DNA from: Schmidtea polychroa
Lineage: Eukaryota
NCBI GenBank assembly: GCA_044892525.1
Contig: CM097886.1
Location: 141,112,001 to 141,176,000, forward strand
DNA: 64,000 bases
Direction of reading: 5' to 3'
Shown: in pieces, positions 13,616-26,675 of the stretch
How the letters are laid out: each line of letters starts with the position of its first letter
How positions within the stretch are numbered: position 1 is the stretch's first letter
Notes under the pieces: generated by a model
What the model was told of the DNA's origin: nothing
The model's input: only the letters and a program-made list of their open reading frames with translations
The model's database searches: none
Program-made: the position numbers and the translations under genes

Positions 13616-14287
13616 ATGTATTTCAACAATAATCAAATTAATTTCTTCCCAAATAATTATGGTTATGTACCGCAGCCAATTATACAGAATCCTTACCAAG
13701 ATCACTTTTACAATAGATGCAATACACAACCAAAAATTAACCAGAAACGTCATTCCTTAAATACATTTAATTTTTCATCAATCCCTCCAAGAACAAGACC
13801 AGAAATATATTTAAAGCCTCAATTTCCTATTTATATGAATAATGTGGTTAATTCATCGCACAATATTCCTGGTTCGTCCTTTCACAATTTCGAAAATCCT
13901 TACCTAATAAGTACACAGTTACAGGATCCAAAGTTCTTAACAGAAAAACCTATCAACTCAATTATGAATAATGCTTATAAATCAATTTCTAATTTCAACT
14001 CTCCTAAAAGGAAAAATATTTGGAAAGAAAAATTAAAATTTTCCAATAAAAAATTTAAATCTAAAATACATGCACCATATTTAAAAACCGATAGACCCGT
14101 TTTAAGCAATCATTTTTTTTTTGCGACCTCATTCGAAAATATCAAAGTCTGTGATAAAGATAGCGATGATCTTATTCGACTTAAAATGAGAAATTTGAGA
14201 TTTTCAGAAAAACAAATTGAATCTCACTTAAATAATAAACGATCCAACTGGGACAAAATGATAAATGAAATTGGCATAAAATTGTAA
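13616..14287 (+). CDS. Hypothetical 223-aa Asn/Pro-rich, basic protein
   Basis: A 672-nt ATG-initiated ORF in very AT-rich DNA, with no recognisable domain. Confidence 0.35.
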   Translation: MYFNNNQINFFPNNYGYVPQPIIQNPYQDHFYNRCNTQPKINQKRHSLNTFNFSSIPPRTRPEIYLKPQFPIYMNNVVNSSHNIPGSSFHNFENPYLISTQLQDPKFLTEKPINSIMNNAYKSISNFNSPKRKNIWKEKLKFSNKKFKSKIHAPYLKTDRPVLSNHFFFATSFENIKVCDKDSDDLIRLKMRNLRFSEKQIESHLNNKRSNWDKMINEIGIKL

Positions 14288-14372
14288 AATCGTCAATGCT
14301 ACTGACAAAATAAAAACTACAAATGTTTAAAGGGTAATAGTAATAATTTTTAAAAGCGACCACCTCTCTATA

Positions 14373-14720
14373 CAGTGCCCTTATTATCGCAAGTGCAATC
14401 TCACTGGGTCTCCTATTTTTAAGTGGCCCACAAATATTAAATACATTAGAAAAACTCTTCTAGCAGCAAAAAAATATCACGAATTGAAAGAAAAAATAAA
14501 GATGAAAATTTAAAGTTCGTTTAACTTTCAAACAAATCTAGTTGAAAATTGAATGCAATGATATAATTGATGAATTGGTCAGCAAAAAAGCTAGAAAAAT
14601 TGCTTTATAATATCTCTGTATTATTTTTTTTAATTAAAATCAATAAAAATGAATGAATTAAAATTAAAGAAAAATTGTTTGTGTGTGCACAGGCCCCCCA
14701 AAAGTTACAGCACAGCACTG
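14373..14720. mobile_element. hAT-type MITE
   Basis: CAGTGC...GCACTG ends; flanks tctctata and tctctaga (7/8 match, 8-bp TSD). Confidence 0.45.
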
Positions 14721-14729
14721 TCTCTAGAT

Positions 14730-14965
14730 CACAGCTTCTCAAACTTTTTTTAATTAGCGACCTCAATAACCCTAGCAAATATTCTGCCGACCCTAAGTAT
14801 AGATATAAAAAAGATGAAAATAGTAATATAAAATAAAATATTTATTATATTCAAAAAATATTTTATTTTGAAGCCAACCTAATGTTTTTTTAGTTACAAT
14901 CTTCCGTTTTCTTGAAATTTCTACGACCCCATCTGGGATCGCGACCCACACTTTGAGAACCACTG
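14730..14965. mobile_element. hAT-Charlie-type MITE abutting the previous one
   Basis: Ends ca..gcttctcaaa / tttgagaaccactg; flanks ctctagat and ctctaggt (7/8), matching the NTCTAGAN target preference. Confidence 0.55.
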
Positions 14966-16471
14966 CTCTAGGTGATAATGATAATCGGTTTTTCTTGGCT
15001 ATTTTCACTTTCATATTTTATGGATTCTTTTACTTATATAATTATATTTTTTCGTATTTTAATGTATCCTTTATAAAAAGGTTTCTGTTATTGTTTTTAC
15101 TATTAACATTTTTATAATATGTTTTTTGAAATTTTAACAAACCTAAGTGATAATGTTCATTCATATGTACTTTTAATTATTCATTTATCTATATTAAAAT
15201 CTCACTTTATTTTTTGGGTTGCTAATCTTTTTGTTCACTTACTCATAGTATGAGAGTATTTGAAGAAATTATGGAAACAAAAACAATTGTATACGTAAAC
15301 ATTGATTGAATTAGAGGAATAAATATTCAAATTGACAATATTTAATTGTGCAAAACACCCGTTGTTTGACAACGATGCACGCAATATTCTACTGATGAAT
15401 ATCAACTGAATAATTGTTAAGATCAAAAAGTCAGGGTTACGATTTTAACAATAATCTGACTGCAATAGATAAATAATTTATAAATATAAATAATAGATTT
15501 AAATAAAATAAGAATGTTGGTTGTGGTCCGATTTAAAACAATGACCACAATGCAATTATTTATTCATATCTTTTATTTATAAGATAATTTTACATGTTTT
15601 TTGTTGAGGTCTCACTATTCGAGAGTCTCAACTTTACTGGTTCTTTTCTATATATATATGCAGTAGTTAGACTTTTTTGTCGTGTCCCTTTTATTTTGTA
15701 ATTTAATAAGGATTCACCTTTTTAGATATTAAAGCTAATAATTGGAAAAGGAGATGACTATTAAATGTAAGATTTTATTAATTGCAAAATTATCTTCAAC
15801 TCTGTGGATTTGTTCGGTTTGTTCGACTTCAGGATCGATACCAAATGCTTCATAAGTGTTTGAATTTGAAATGTTCGAATAGTTTGAATCGTTTTGATTG
15901 TAAATAAGCTACATAGAAATACATGAATTGGAAATATTTGGATTCAAAATGTTTGATTTAGAAATGTTGTACTTGAGCAAGTTTCTAAAACGTCGTTTTT
16001 TTATATATTTTATATTATTCAAACAAAATACACTCGAAAATTTTAATATACAATCTAATATATTAAATTTAATATAAAAAAGGAGTGTTTCAGCAGGCAC
16101 TTCAAGAGTGGTTAGATTTTTAGGTGAAAACTACTAATTTTGCGCTGCTATTTATATAACTCTTTAGGCAGCTGTTTTTGTAAAAATATTTCTATTTTTC
16201 CTGATTTTTATATTTTATTTTAACTCTATTCAAATGTGCTATTAAAATTTAAATTGTACAGCTGTTTCTTAATTATAATAGTTTTTTTTTGATTTTTTAT
16301 TGCAAATAAGTATTCCAAATTTTAATGCACAATTGATTTTTGTAGATTCTCAATAGACATTTCAAATTTTAATTAAATTTTTTTGCCATTATCTTAATTA
16401 ATTTTTATCTCTTATCCACATTCGTGCAATTAATATCATATGTAGCAAAAAATTAAAATAACAATAATGGC

Positions 16472-16634
16472 CATGGGCGCTCGCAGGGGGAGAGAGGGGC
16501 ACTTGCCCCCGCCTGGATTGATTGAAAATGCTCAAATAATGTACATACAAATACGCTACAGTAAATTAAAACTACATTAAAACATTACGAAAAATATTTT
16601 GCTCTCCCTAGAAAATTATTTGTGGGCGCCCATG
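16472..16634. mobile_element. 163-bp hAT-type MITE
   Basis: TIR CATGGGCGC...GCGCCCATG; flanks ataatggc and ataatgac (7/8). Confidence 0.6.
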
Positions 16635-17068
16635 ATAATGACATAAATAAATTATAAATTACACCCCAATCACCGTCAATGAAAAAATTGTTCATAAAAT
16701 ATTTAATGAATACAATGTAAAATAAATTATTTTAATTAAGGATAGATTGTCATTGTCAGAGTAGATCAAGATAAATTGTTAATTGATTTCGAACTACAGG
16801 GAAATAAAGAATTGAGAGAACGCGAATTGAAACTACTGATTATAGAGGTTATACGGGATCCATGTAAATGTTTACCCGATATTTGTTCGGATCAGTCCTG
16901 TAATATTTGGTTAACTCGAATTCGTTGATTCTCCGACCCCTGTCATCCACCATATCTTTATGTAAATTTGGTGGGTCGCAGGTAATTCACATTTTACCTA
17001 TTCGCGACGGTTTCCCACGCAATCTGATATTAAACGATTTTTTTATTTATTCAATATCCTTTGAGTGG

Positions 17069-17503
17069 TCAACGTTGGTAATGGTTCGCATGGGTGAATA
17101 CTCGAGAGAGGTGAACGTACTTCTGTACACTATAATCGTAGATTATTCGAATGGTTTCTCGGGCTGTCAATAGATGATAAAATTGTTGTCTAAATATTCC
17201 TCCCGCATCTCCGGGCAATATTCGAGCAGTCATTGCTTCTCTCATTTCGGCCCATGTTTTCGGTGCTTGAGCAACTGGTAATGTCATAATGTCATTATAT
17301 TTTTCTCTTGCCAGCCCCTTCAAATATATAGGTAGCCTTTGTATCATGATGTTATCTGGATAGGCATATGCTTTGGCCATCTGATAATATTCAGACATAA
17401 ACTCTGGGAATTCTCCCGGGTCACCGCTGAATGCCTTTACGGGCAGAGCGGGATATCTGGCAAATGCATTTACATTAGCTTCCTCTGCCATTTGATTATC
17501 CAA
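17069..17503 (-). pseudogene. Truncated family-2 gag
   Basis: Nearly identical to the N-terminal 110 aa of the Gag at 1-1509. Homology stops abruptly after FYH at about 17172. Confidence 0.85.
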
Positions 17504-17568
17504 TTTTACTCTGGCTCTAGTTCCTAAAGCTATTTTGTTTATTTCAATTTCTACCCGCTGATAATTGG

Positions 17569-17586
17569 ATCACGTCGGGCTCACCA
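17569..17586 (-). promoter_or_regulatory. Primer-binding site, tRNA-Trp type
   Basis: Same 18-mer as 1582-1599, again 3 nt from TGTTAGG. Confidence 0.75.
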
Positions 17587-17589
17587 AAA

Positions 17590-17989
17590 TGTTAGGTTCG
17601 ATGGGTATGTATTTGAACTAACACAAAAACGTTTTATCTGACTCCAAATAATTTATAATGTGTGTAGGTAAATAAAATAACGAATATGATTTAAATATTT
17701 ATTAACAACAAATAATTTGTTACACAATTGTTTATTTTACACAATTAAACACGCTGCTTTCTAAAGAACAGAAAACGGTTATACAAACCGCCCTAAAGAG
17801 TATTACTAAGAATCAAGGCTGGCCCTAAATGCGCTAACAGCCCGATATAGGTGAACGGAAAAGAGACTCGGGAGTTTACCTAATTTTAACGCGATAGAGT
17901 CAACCCAGAAATTGGTTAACCCTTTTTCAAATAATATTCGTAACGAGACAACACAAAAAGATGCGTGCTGTTTCCCTTGTTAAAATTAG
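17590..17989 (-). mobile_element. Partial family-2 LTR, cut by assembly gap
   Basis: Starts TGTTAGGTTCGAT and aligns with about 1603-1910. Confidence 0.7.
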
Positions 17990-18131
17990 NNNNNNNNNNN
18001 NNNNNNNNNNNNNNNNNNNNNNNNNNNNNNNNNNNNNNNNNNNNNNNNNNNNNNNNNNNNNNNNNNNNNNNNNNNNNNNNNNNNNNNNNNNNNNNNNNNN
18101 NNNNNNNNNNNNNNNNNNNNNNNNNNNNNNN
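17990..18131. other. Assembly gap (142 N)
   Basis: Run of N. Confidence 1.
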
Positions 18132-18325
18132 GCGCACGGTATCTGATTACAATAAACAATAATACCGATGGTAGGGTTACTGTCACATCATAAAAATATT
18201 TCCACTGGCAATGCCGCCACGTGTAAAATATAAATCATAAAGCGCGCACCCACAGATACCGCGCATGGGGGTGCACGGTTTGTAAAAATGCGTATAACGC
18301 GCGCGTTATATGCGCTAAAATACGG
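18132..18325. mobile_element. Right end of a Tc2/pogo-like element or MITE
   Basis: Ends ...gcgctaaaatacgg followed by TA; the reverse complement CCGTATTTT is typical of Tc2-like TIRs. Confidence 0.35.
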
Positions 18326-18327
18326 TA

Positions 18328-18391
<64 letters not shown>
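18326..18391. repeat. (TA)n microsatellite
   Basis: Direct reading. Confidence 0.95.
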
Positions 18392-18394
<3 letters not shown>

Positions 18395-21300
18395 GGTGGT
18401 CCAAAAAATTGAAAGTTAAAAACTAACAACTCTCACCCTTCCAAGTAGTTCCAACGGCTATAAAAATAATTAGTGCAAAATATTTCTGCAATTTGACAAT
18501 ATTTAAAGGTGGCCCACTGGTGATGAAGTTTTGACATGGTGTTTCTTTTGCCGGTAATTCAGGGCGAGTTATTGGTTTGTTATATAGCAGTGACTGAGAG
18601 AGTATGGATGATTAACCTATTTAAGTGTTACTTATTTATTGGTATTTTATTGAATTTATTAGACATTCCTTGCTAATTCTCTTCTGTTTATGTTTATATT
18701 TGTTTTTCATTTTTGAGACAAAAAGTCAGCTATTACTCACCAGTCGAGATGTAATTATGCAATCTTTGTTCTCTTCATGTATTAATAGTCAGTATTTTAC
18801 TTTGCTGAATTACATGCAAAAACACATCGTTGTTGAATGCATTTTACAATGTTAAATGTACTCTTGTACTATACAGCAAATTTAAAAATTTTCAGTTGTT
18901 CATACAATTATGCCTAGTGTTTTGCTTAACCTAATCGTCTCCACTCTCCATGTTATTGTGTTTCAGATTAAACAGAATGGAAACAAGATCTAATGATAAT
19001 GTTTACTTGATTAAATCATATGTTCCTGAAATTCTTGGTACAAAGCTGCCATCGTATTATCAGACATTTGGGTACTTTCTACACCTACATAAAGTAGAAA
19101 AAATGACTCTTCGCGAAGCCAGTAAACTGACAATCAACGTGATAATGGAGTTCTGGAAAAAAGCAAGCATTCCAACAAGAGCAGAACAGCACTGCATTCA
19201 GAAGCTCGAATCAGTCTTTTATGAATGGAAGGGTCTCCAAAAACACAAGTCGAGGTCTGGTGAAGCTCACAAAAAACAGGAGCATGAATTTGTTTCTCAT
19301 CTTGAAGATCTGTTCGACATAGCCCATCAGGATGCACTAACTATCATTAGCAACCCAGAAGACAGGGCATTCCTGTTACGCCAGAGAGAAAAAGGGCGTC
19401 CAGGATCCATTGGTGTCCGGGATAAAGTTACTGAACGTAAAGCTAGAGCAGCTGGTGAACGCAAACAAGCTGAAGCAAGGCGGCGGCAAAGGTCAGTAGA
19501 TGAAATGAATATCAGTGCTTGTTTGACAACTCTCGAATCATCATCTGGTGAAGACAGTGACCATGACCAAGAGCAGATTGTCTTGTGCGATGATGAATAT
19601 AAACCTGTTGCATCCTCATCAACAGATCCTGCTGACTGTATCACAAAGCCAGTGCCAAAGAAAGCTAAGACTGATGTATTGACTCCTGGGCTAATGGCAG
19701 CTCTGGACAGAACACAGACATCCTCCAGAAATGCTGTTTATGTGTTGTGTGAAACAGCATCCAGCCTTGGTCACAATGTTGATTCCCTCAACATCAGCAG
19801 GAACTCAATCCACCGAGCCAGGTGTAAAGTTAGAACAATTGCAGCATCACAGCTGAAATCAGAATTTCTATCTGTAAACCATCTGACTGTCCACTGGGAT
19901 GGAAAGTTATTGGAAAATTTGACAACTAGAGAACACGTCGACAGGTTACCAATTCTCATCTCAGGTGTTGGTTGTGAACAGCTGCTTGTAGTTCCAAAAC
20001 TGTCATCTGGAACTGGTGAATCCCAAGCTACTGCCGTGGTCAACGAGATAAAGCAATGGGGCATCGAAAAGCAGGTTGTGGCTTTGTGTTTTGACACAAC
20101 AAGTTCAAACACTGGTGATAAGCAAGGTGCTTGTGTCTTAATTCAACAGATGTTGGCCAAAGATCTCCTATACTTGGCCTGTCGTCATCACATCATGGAA
20201 CTTATTGTCGGTGGAGCATTTGACCAAATGCTACGAGGTTCATCAAGCCCTGACATATCAATCTTCAAAAGATTCAAGGAGCACTGGAAATTCATAGATC
20301 GTGACAACTACCAGCCGGCAGAAACGGATCCATTCATCGACAATCTCATTGCTAATAGTCGAAATGAATTATTGGAATTTGCTCGCATGCAACTTGAAGT
20401 GCAGCAGCCACGAGATGATTACCGGAAGTTCCTGGAACTGTCTATGATTTACCTTGGCCAGGCTCCTTCCAGGGGGATTCACTTTCAGTCTCCAGGTGCA
20501 ATGCATCGAGCAAGGTGGTTGGCTAAAGTGCTGTACAGTATCAAGATGTGGCTTTTCAGAGCACAATTCAAGATGACACAGAGGAGCTGAAGGGAATCAC
20601 TGCTGTTGCTGCATTTGGTGTGCTTGTCTATCTCAGAGTATGGATAACAGCACCTCTGGCAATAAATGCACCATTGAATGATTTCCTGTTGATGAGACAG
20701 CTCCTTGAATACCCCGATGTAAACATTTCATCTGTAACCAGCAAAAAGCTGGGACTGCATCTGTGGTATATTTCAGAAGAGCTGGTAACACTCGCTCTGT
20801 TTGACTCCAGAGTTCCAGCTGAAACCAAGAAGCTGATGCTTGCAGCCATGGAGAATGCTGCACCTGAGCATCCACCTAAACGTCCCAGAGTGGAAACATC
20901 AGCCTTCACAAACAGCAAGGGTCTCGAACAGTTCTGCACAGCCAATTCAATGACCATGTTTCGTCTTCTGCAGTTACAGACGTCATTTATGTCAAAAGAT
21001 CCATCAGAATGGGATGAGGATGAAACATACCAATGTGCACTGAGAACTGTTAAAGGATTGGCTGTTGTGAATGACAGAGCTGAGAGAGGGTTACCCTCAT
21101 TCAGGACTACAATAAAAAGCTAACCAAGGATGAGGAACAGCTTCAATTCATGTTGCATGTCGTTAGCGAACATCGCCGGCTGTTTCCAGACTGCAGCAAA
21201 TTCGGTCTCATGATGGCCATGTCATCTACGCCAACGACACCTTAACTATCAAACTCGGACTGATCTTAATTAGTAGTTACGACTAAAAACTGTGTTCAAT

Positions 21301-21742
21301 CACCATGTTTTCAGTTTCCATGTTCCTTGCACTGTTGTTATTTTACCCTAATGTGTACTGACTGTGTGACTGATAGTAATGTTCGACTTTTGAGTTTGTC
21401 GACTTTGACTGGCTAGTGACTATAGGCCCAGTGATAAACTAAACTAGTAAACTGCTTCGGTTGTTAGGTGTGTTTATTGTCAAATATGTCTCTGTTTTCA
21501 CTACAGTTAATGTTGTAATAAAAATGAGATAATTTTGCTGCTCATAATTTCGTCAAACACAGTACAAGTAGCAAAAACGTATAAAAATCACTTTAAAATA
21601 TTTGTACTTCAAACTTCTAGATTGTTGGGCCACCTCTAAATGTCGAGAAATTTCAGAAAATATTTCACAGAAAATTTTCTTTTCAACATTGGAACAAGTT
21701 GGAAGGGTGAGGAGGTGAAGTTTAAAACTTTTATTTTTTTGC
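18392..21742 (+). mobile_element. DNA transposon (hAT-like, probably hATm-type) lying between TA tracts
   Basis: TAGGGTGG left end. Long imperfect TIRs: ctcacccttccaa..ttccaa at about 18433 mirrored at about 21690, and tttaaaggtggccc mirrored at about 21628. The extreme right terminus appears lost. Confidence 0.65.
18977..21245 (+). pseudogene. DDE transposase with two frameshifts (about 20580 and 21090)
   Basis: Motifs HWDGKLL, CFDTTSSNTG, ACRHHIMEL (CxxH), RDDYR, HRARW, HLWYISEEL and VVNDRAERG; continues in a third frame as VTLIQDYNKKLTKDEEQLQF. Confidence 0.8.
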
Positions 21743-21760
21743 TATATATATATATATATA

Positions 21761-22574
21761 TGTTGGGTTTTGGATTATTTTAAGTCGGTTCTCTCTGACT
21801 CCTGTGTTCTTTAAATCAAACAATGAACGACCCAACGTATATTGAAACAACAGGTTCACAATTTATTATCACGCTACAATTACCAATCAAAGTTTTATAC
21901 GATTCTCCGCTCGGCGTTGATGCTTTGCAAACAAATAATATTCACCTTTTGATCCTTTAGCTTCTCTCGATTCACGTCTTCCTCGGTTTCTGTTTGGTTT
22001 GATTCCTTGTCACCTCTCCGTATTCTTAATTCTTTTTCTTCTTTTCCCTACTTTCCTAATTCGTCTACCAACTTTTCCTACAGTCTGATTCTTCGAACCC
22101 TAGCTGAGGCAGAATGCCGATTTTCTCTGATTTTCTCTTTGCTTATATACTCCTCGAAATCAGGATGACAAATGGTTATTGCCGAGCCAATCTTTCGTTT
22201 GACATTTTCTCGTACGTGTTTGCTTCGGCTGTCACCCATAATGGTCCAACGAATCCAGATAATTAATGGCCCTACCGGTCTTCCTACGCGCGCTATCTTC
22301 TCCTTACTCTTCCCATTAATCATTGTGTCAAGCTAATGGGCCCAAATCTTCCTTTTGTTTGCCTTTCTTCTTGTTTATCCAGCTCGGGTTTCCTTTATCT
22401 CTCGGGTTCTCCATTGGCTCGGGTTTCCCATTAGCTCGGGTTTTCCATTAGCCAATTAATTAATTAATTAACGTTTTCTGTTTTCATACGTTTGAATGTT
22501 TTTCGACCCTTCCTAACCATTTTCTGATAAATCCCTAATCATCATCTTGTTGACCATTAGCTAATCTATACCTG
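21761..22574. mobile_element. LTR-like segment (third family) that was the target of the giant element; continues at 52751-52946
   Basis: Begins TGTTGGG directly after a TA run and is split by the CCTG TSD. Confidence 0.4.
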
Positions 22575-25500
22575 TGTTGGGGTTACACCTCGGCTGACCA
22601 CTCTACCATGTTGACGGGTCTAAGGGTTGATTGTCCATCTCGAATAAAAGGTGCCACCGATTTGTCAACCTGGAGTGAAACCCCACATAACTTTCTTCCA
22701 ACATAGTGCCCGTGAATCACTTCACGTTGGTACTGCACTATGCAGGCGAGACGCCAGCAAGCAGGTGAGCTTCTGCCTTAAAACTACTCCTTGCTGAGGC
22801 CTCGACTTCCCGTTCACGACTGCCGATAGAAGGGCTTACGTCCATTTCCTTACACAACCACTTATCAGGACTCGCTGAATGCAAAGTGGGAATTTCTCAC
22901 TAGATCTTGCGGGTTCTCTACTCAACCCACTTAATTAAAGTCTAATTATTCATGAACGAAGACGTGTAAGACAACAAGATTTATTAATTTCAATGTTATG
23001 ACACAAGGATTCAGCTGTACACTTTACTAACGTTTGTCGAAAGAAGAGAAAACATCATAATCAACATAGATCGGATCCTTGTTCCTCATCCTGACCGCCA
23101 CTGGGATTTTATTGTTTCTCCCATTCAGTGTCGGCGAATAATTCGTCGAGGTTAAAAAACTCGGAAGCGTTCTCTTCCCACATTACGCCAGCGGCTGATA
23201 TGATTCGTGCCGAGGGTCCCGTTGTTAGGTCGATGGACACGTGAGAGTTGCCACCGTTGGTTGAGTCCTCTATTGATGGGATGTTTGGCTTTGCAGTAGC
23301 GCGCTCGCGCTGTCTCTTCTTGCGCTCTGCACGAGAGAGTTGTTTGCGCTTGGGTTTGCTTGAAGATGCCACTTGCAGAAGGGTGACTGATACAGATGGA
23401 CTAGCAGTGGGGGGCTTACTGGTACCCGTGATGACAACATCTGGTCGCTTGGGGGACAATTCGGTTTCGACGCAGTCTCGGCACGGTCTCTTGAACGGTG
23501 AGTTGGATTCGAGGAACGGTTGTGATGAGGCGGAAAGATGTCATCGGCCTCTCGGATGGGAATTTGCACTATTTTCCGGGTTGTAGCCGCCTGCACGTAA
23601 ACCTTATGCAGTGCCTCGGATTGTTCTCTGATTAGACTTCTTTGGGCACGGCTCTCAGATATTAGCGCGTCCCGGCAATGCTCGCTACGATCGAGCTTCT
23701 TTTGGATCTCTTTCATCCGAGCGGGACTAAACCATGTCCCTTCCAGCTCGTCTATCTTCCTCTTGTAACGTCCAATCTGAGTTTGTAGGTCCTTTATCAC
23801 CGTATTTTTATCCGCGCACGAGAAGCACGGCCGTAATGCTGATTTAGTGGTTGGTAGCATGCTTGCTATAAATAATACTAATGAAATGTAGAACATACGA
23901 TTTTAGAATAAATTAGATACGACCTACGGCCATTCGTGGATGCTTGACCGACGAAAAAAAAAAAAGGAAAACTCATTCTACAATCCGGTTTTACCACGGA
24001 TCTTATTTGTTGAAACAATTTATTTAACCAAATGCCATCGGTTTGACGCATGCTATTAACTTTGACTCTCTATTGATCTAACTGTATACATGAGGGGCGT
24101 AATAATTAATAGGGGGTAAATATAATATTGGTGAAACACTATAATAATGCTTTAGTAGAGGGACATTATAGTATGCGACTACACCTTGCTATAAATTATC
24201 TATTTAAATTTATTGCAAACAAATTACTATCGCTATTCTCAACATATTTTTTGATTCGAAATTTGTTATTGGAAGTGCACTTTTAATTCGGTAGTGAATG
24301 TGATTATCTATATTGTCTACCATTTGTCTGAGAATATGTGATGAGTTTACATCAGCCATTACTTGAACACCCTAATGGGATATCTCATCGGTCATAACAC
24401 ATGTCCAAATTTACGGATACTACTGTCGACTAGTTGATTACATTATCGACCTATTGTGAATGTCACGTGTCGCGACTATTATGTATGCTAGTCTGATATT
24501 TTGTGCTCTCACCACATGGATTCGCGTATGGCTACTATCTTATCTCACTCACTTGGTGTATGCCATTTTCACGGTGATTTTATCGATCCTGCTGTCGTAT
24601 GATTTTCTCTGCACAGTGATTTATTTGAGTTATGATTTATGCTACCGCCAGTTCTCATCGCGGAATTTTACCCTTATCAACTTGTGTGAATGACCATCAT
24701 CGTTTGGAAATTTATTGGATCTTTTCAGTGATCGTCGAGGGAATAATGCTACCAAATACTGAAGCATATTACTACTCTCGTCATTCTACTCGGATTTTCC
24801 TATTCAGATGTAATGCCGTCTCGATGAAACCTGCCCTTAGCCATTCGAAATTTTCTCTCAGGTTCAATAATTTGGATATATACAGTGATGACCTGGCTCT
24901 TATTGTAGAAATAAATGTTATTAATTAAATTTGGTGATATTTTACCTGTTTATAATTTTTGAAATAACTAAGTCTATAAAAACTTTCTGATTATAATACT
25001 AGAGAGGTTTTCGTAGAATCTCGCATTTTATAGTTTCGAGTTAGTTAAAGTTTTTAGAATACTTTCGTAACTTGACATACAATCTGGACAGGTTAGATGA
25101 CATTGGGTCTATGATAACGGAATTTCATACGAAATTAGTTCTACTGAGTCCGGCAAATAGACGTTGTCGCAATTAATTTGATAAAACCATGTTTCCAGAT
25201 GAAGTGTACTATGAGATGTTGTTATTTTTGACGAAGTTCACTAAATCGTGGTCTGGATCTCTTTTTTCAATAGGGGTAAGATTTACGAAAACGACTTGAC
25301 GAAAGAAAAAGGAATGCGACGCCCTCAGTCACTGTGCAAATCCTTGAAAATCCCTTCATTCGTACGACTATCTCTGTGAAAATCATTGTCTGCCAGCGAT
25401 TCTTTTAACCATGACCCCTTGTGATAATTTAGTCGCATCTTCAGCGATAGGACCCGTGAAGAAGCCTTCACATTTCGGCCCAATCTAGCTGCGTGATTGA

Positions 25501-26445
25501 AACACTCCATGTCCACCGGCTGAGCTCCCGAAGGCACCTCATACCATGACATGGAGTATCTCAACTCCACGTTACTCGTTAAATGAAAATTCATAAAATC
25601 TTTAATTCAAATAAAATACGGACATCTGGATAAAAATATTTTATTAATTCTGAAATACTTAGATAATACAAATTCCATCAATACATTAAAGTTATAAAAA
25701 TGGAGAATCAAATGAAGAGAGTTAACCAAAATGTTTAATCGTTAATATTTACCATTACTATTAGCTTTACAAATACTTAAATAAATCTATAAACAAATGA
25801 ACTACCCCTTACTATTGTTTAGGCTGAGTCAAAATTCAATGTTGTTCGTTCCAAATAGTTTGAATGGTGGTCCGTTGGATGTCGATTATTGTGATGAATG
25901 GTATTTCGGTCTCTGAACTGGTTTTGAATAGTCGTGGAGTTTTCTGAATGACGGTTGCTTGGCTAGTAGTGTCGATCCTATGAAATGCTCGGGGTTAACA
26001 GTAAAAACAGTAAACATTTTTCTTACCTATGAAATGCTCGGGGTTAACAGTAAATTTAATGTTTTTGGTAGTTGTATATATATCAAATTCTTATTTGTGC
26101 GGACCAATCAGAGTTGAGTACCGCTTATTTCTATTAATTTAATATAATTTTCTTGTTTTTAGGTTGTTTTTTCCTTATTTTCTTTATTTTTAATATGTTT
26201 TTCTATTTATTTCCTTAATTTCCTTATTATTTCTTGAATTCCTCTTTATTTATTTGTCAACTTGTTCTATTTTAATCTTTTCTTAATTTTATTTTTTGTT
26301 TTAATTCTTATGTCTTAATTATTATTTTCCTTATATCTTATTCTATTTTATTTCTGATTTTATTTATTTTATTATTATTTTTCTTAATGTTCTACTTCCC
26401 TACTTTCTTATTTCTCAACGATTAAATTCTCGACTCAGCCCAACA
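22575..26445 (-). repeat. 3' LTR (3871 bp)
   Basis: TGTTGGGGTTACAC...CAGCCCAACA. Differs from 48879-52750 by a 1-nt deletion at about 23510 and substitutions at about 23580 and 24913 (differences found by eye). Confidence 0.97.
23109..23896 (-). pseudogene. 3'-LTR copy of the LTR-encoded ORF, frameshifted
   Basis: Split into 208-aa and 116-aa ORFs by ggtgagttgg, versus ggtggagttgg in the 5' LTR. Confidence 0.85.
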
Positions 26446-26675
26446 AATCACTCGGGGACCCATCAAAATTGCGTCCCGCAATTGCATAATTAACTTAATT
26501 CATTCATTCAAAAAAAAAGAAATATAACACGAACACGGAAAATTATACAACAATGATAAAAATTTTATTGTAAGATCAAGGTCAAAGCAAGATCAAGCAA
26601 GTATCACTTAAGGTGATAGTTTGTACATACAATAAAAGTTTCCACATATAATAACACAAATGTTTGAGTTAGGGT

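Noticed and set aside
14000-14120. HEXIM-like basic region plus APY motif in ORF 13616-14287
   Set aside because: Only a tripeptide matches; the PYNT motif and downstream conservation are absent.
17916-18186. ORFs containing X runs
   Set aside because: They are artefacts of translating through the N gap; the same applies to 52834-53239.
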